Below, piece by piece: positions 61,736 through 64,000 of a DNA stretch of 64,000 nt; positions within the stretch are counted from its first letter, which is position 1, and each line of letters starts with the position of its first letter. A program made the position numbers and the translations under genes. Origin of the DNA: Trichodelitschia bisporula (lineage: Eukaryota); the NCBI GenBank assembly GCA_010356995.1, contig ML996687.1:1365803-1429802 (forward strand), read 5' to 3'. The notes under the pieces are model-generated. The model did no database searches. It was not told the origin of the DNA and saw only the letters and a list, made by a program, of their open reading frames with translations.

Positions 61736-64000
61736 CTACCGCGGCGGCGTGTTCGACATGGCGGGCGTAGCAGTCGGCGAAGAGCGGGCATACGTGTTGG
61801 GCAGCGCAGACCCAGAGTTGCGCTTAGCAGCCTTTTGAATCTCAAGCTTGCGCTTGAGAGACCGGAGGCGACCCTTGAGGCTCTCGAGTACTGCATCCGT
61901 TAGCACGCATCCAATTTTCCCAACAACCTCGCTCAACACAAAGTAAAGGGGTGCAAACATACGCTTCAGGACCGTGGCTCGATCCTCCGACTCAAGCCCA
62001 TTAATCAACACCTCCTCAGCCGCTCCACGACGCGGCCGCTTCGCCCCCTCTTCATCATCCGCATCAAGAATGGCCTCGAGCATGTAAATCGCCGTACGAT
62101 ATGACAATTCTCCACCCTCGAGATCCTCATTCATGAGCTCATTCACCGCCGCACTCCGGCTCATCTCCAAAGCGCGATCATACATCAGCTTCTCCGCCGT
62201 GACTCCCGTCGTCAAGTTGATATTCTCCGCACTGCCCGCGCCACTAGCACTCCCAACGCTCAGTGCCGCACTCGACCCACTCGCCGCCCCGTTCGGATGA
62301 TTGCTCGGATGGCCCGGGTGGTCCAGCGGGAGGCGCTTCTGTGCCGCAACCAGCCGACGGCCGACAAAATCGCTCTTCTCGAGGCAGTCATTGAAGCGAT
62401 TGCGCGACCACTGCACAATGCTATTGATCTTCGGCGCGACGCTGGCGGCGCCGCTACGCGCGGGTAGTGAGCGCGGCGCGGCACCGAGGACTTCGCCGCG
62501 GTTCTTGTGGCCCCACCAGGCGCCTGCGACGTCGATGATTTTGGCTAATATGGCGAGGGACTTGACATATAGTACGAGCGCTTCTTCTGCGATCGTGACA
62601 ACCATGTCGACGGTGAGATCATCTTCCTCGCCTTCTTCCGAGCCTGCTGGATCGGCATCCGATGCGATGCGCTTGGCGCCACCGATGCCGAGACCCGCCG
62701 GCCGCGAGGGGATGAGTTGCTGGTATTTGACTTCGGCGAAGCCCCAGACTACGTCACTCCGGGTAGCCAAGTCCTCGATCACCATCGCGGTACGTGAATC
62801 TTCGTCACGTGATTCGAGGGTACGGCCGCCGTCTCCGATCATGAGAATACTGCTCTGAGCCGCAGTCGGATACGTAGGAAAGGCGCCATATCCCTGAGGA
62901 GGCGAGAGACCCTTGCCGGACGGCGGAGAGAAGCCCATCCCAAAGAGACGGAAGTTGGCCATGTTCAAAGCTTTGCTGATAGCGGACGTGGCCGACGTTG
63001 GGCTCTTACCATACCGCCGGTCGTACGAGCCACCACGCTGGTGTAGAGGTGTCTGCCGAGGAGCAATCTGGACAGCGCGGGTTTGACTCTGGGGCGCAGT
63101 GGTAGAAAGCGGTATGCCCTGTGCGGTGGCGCGACGAATCATGGCCCCCGTCTGTGCAGATGAAGGCGGTTCCCGGTACGCTCCATGGATCTGAGGCGAG
63201 TGAGCCAGCTCATCGGCAAAGGCATTCACTTCTACCTGGCGCTTCTCGACCAACACGTACTCCTGGTCCAGGACATCCTGGGCGGCACGGTTACGGGCTT
63301 CCCGCCGAGCGGTATCGTCACGGTCGCCTTTCTCCTTTAGCACCGAGGAAGAAGGCGACTTGCGGCGGCTGCCAGCGCGCTCCATGGCAACGGGGCGTTC
63401 CTGTTGGCGTGCTGGGGCCGTGGCAACTGAGGGCAGTGTGGGGCGGCGCTCAAGACGCGTTTGCATCTCGTCCGCGGGAAGGGAAGTAGTCCGGTCGACA
63501 GGAGGTGTTTTCGAGACGGTTGTCATCTGGCGGGAGGAAGGCCGCGATGTGGGAGTTCTACGGTCCGCTTCATCGTCCTGTGAATGATCCGACGGACGAG
63601 GCTTATTCCGAGACGCAAGATTGTACTGCAGAGTGGGCTCGGCTGGCCGGTCCTCGCCGACCAGTCCCGGAATGTCGTCCCGCATAACCGCATGTTCGAA
63701 GAAAGATTCGTAGGATATCCGCTCTGCCGGGTTCTTCTTGAGCAGGGCGCGGATGAGCTTCTTCATGCCATCGCTGATGACAAGCCCTTCCACGAACTTT
63801 ATCCTGTCCTCGTTCTTTTCTATCCGCCGGAGAAGCTCGATGTGATTGTTAGCGCGGAATGGCGGCTTCCCGACCATCATCTCGTGGAGGACAGTCCCGA
63901 CGGACCACAGATCGGCCTTTGCATCGTACTTCTCGTAGCGGAGGATCTCCGGAGCCATGTACAGCGGTGATCCGCACAGCGTCTCAGCAAGTGCTAAGCT
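61736..64000 (-). CDS. ATG1: Autophagy serine/threonine kinase Atg1, 5' part outside window
   Basis: [33 protein letters not shown]-terminal MIT-like region [23 protein letters not shown]; intron 61962-61891. Confidence 0.96.
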   Translation of the reverse strand, partial: SLALAETLCGSPLYMAPEILRYEKYDAKADLWSVGTVLHEMMVGKPPFRANNHIELLRRIEKNEDRIKFVEGLVISDGMKKLIRALLKKNPAERISYESFFEHAVMRDDIPGLVGEDRPAEPTLQYNLASRNKPRPSDHSQDDEADRRTPTSRPSSRQMTTVSKTPPVDRTTSLPADEMQTRLERRPTLPSVATAPARQQERPVAMERAGSRRKSPSSSVLKEKGDRDDTARREARNRAAQDVLDQEYVLVEKRQVEVNAFADELAHSPQIHGAYREPPSSAQTGAMIRRATAQGIPLSTTAPQSQTRAVQIAPRQTPLHQRGGSYDRRYGKSPTSATSAISKALNMANFRLFGMGFSPPSGKGLSPPQGYGAFPTYPTAAQSSILMIGDGGRTLESRDEDSRTAMVIEDLATRSDVVWGFAEVKYQQLIPSRPAGLGIGGAKRIASDADPAGSEEGEEDDLTVDMVVTIAEEALVLYVKSLAILAKIIDVAGAWWGHKNRGEVLGAAPRSLPARSGAASVAPKINSIVQWSRNRFNDCLEKSDFVGRRLVAAQKRLPLDHPGHPSNHPNGAASGSSAALSVGSASGAGSAENINLTTGVTAEKLMYDRALEMSRSAAVNELMNEDLEGGELSYRTAIYMLEAILDADDEEGAKRPRRGAAEEVLINGLESEDRATVLKRMFAPLYFVLSEVVGKIGCVLTDAVLESLKGRLRSLKRKLEIQKAAKRNSGSALPNTYARSSPTATPAMSNTPPR

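Noticed and set aside
1..64000. CRISPR array, rRNA, TPP riboswitch or secondary-metabolite backbone gene
   Set aside because: No repeat-spacer array, rRNA sequence, TPP aptamer core or PKS/NRPS motifs were seen.

Overview
Eukaryotic, GC-rich genomic DNA from a filamentous ascomycete (Pezizomycotina, probably a Dothideomycete). The taxonomy is inferred from short GT-AG introns with CTRAC branch sites and from gene content. About 21 protein-coding genes can be reconstructed by hand: a HET-domain protein (partial), a cutinase-like CE5 esterase, a PpoC-type dioxygenase-P450 fusion, a DUF2235/Tle1-like hydrolase, a divergent RPB11-family protein, LYAR, a class 3 lipase, an ATP-grasp-like protein, LSM6, ERV2, BCAT, a PL1 pectate lyase, the Moco sulfurase hxB, a secreted alpha/beta hydrolase, SHR3, a SAM methyltransferase, ATG1 (partial) and several conserved hypotheticals. 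There is also an intron-containing tRNA-Glu(CTC), LTR-retrotransposon and Mutator relics, and microsatellites. The most notable observations are: (1) an intact, intron-bearing, stand-alone gene made only of a Ty1/copia aspartic-protease domain, a candidate domesticated retroelement protease; (2) a head-to-head pair of a Tle1-like phospholipase and a 10R-dioxygenase-P450, a candidate oxylipin module; (3) an extended, divergent RPB11 paralog; (4) a cutinase with a ~130-aa repeat insertion inside its catalytic triad; (5) an apparent ATP-grasp pseudo-enzyme; (6) a ~130-bp, ~80% identical element present twice in inverted orientation. All family assignments rest on motif recognition by eye; no searches were run.
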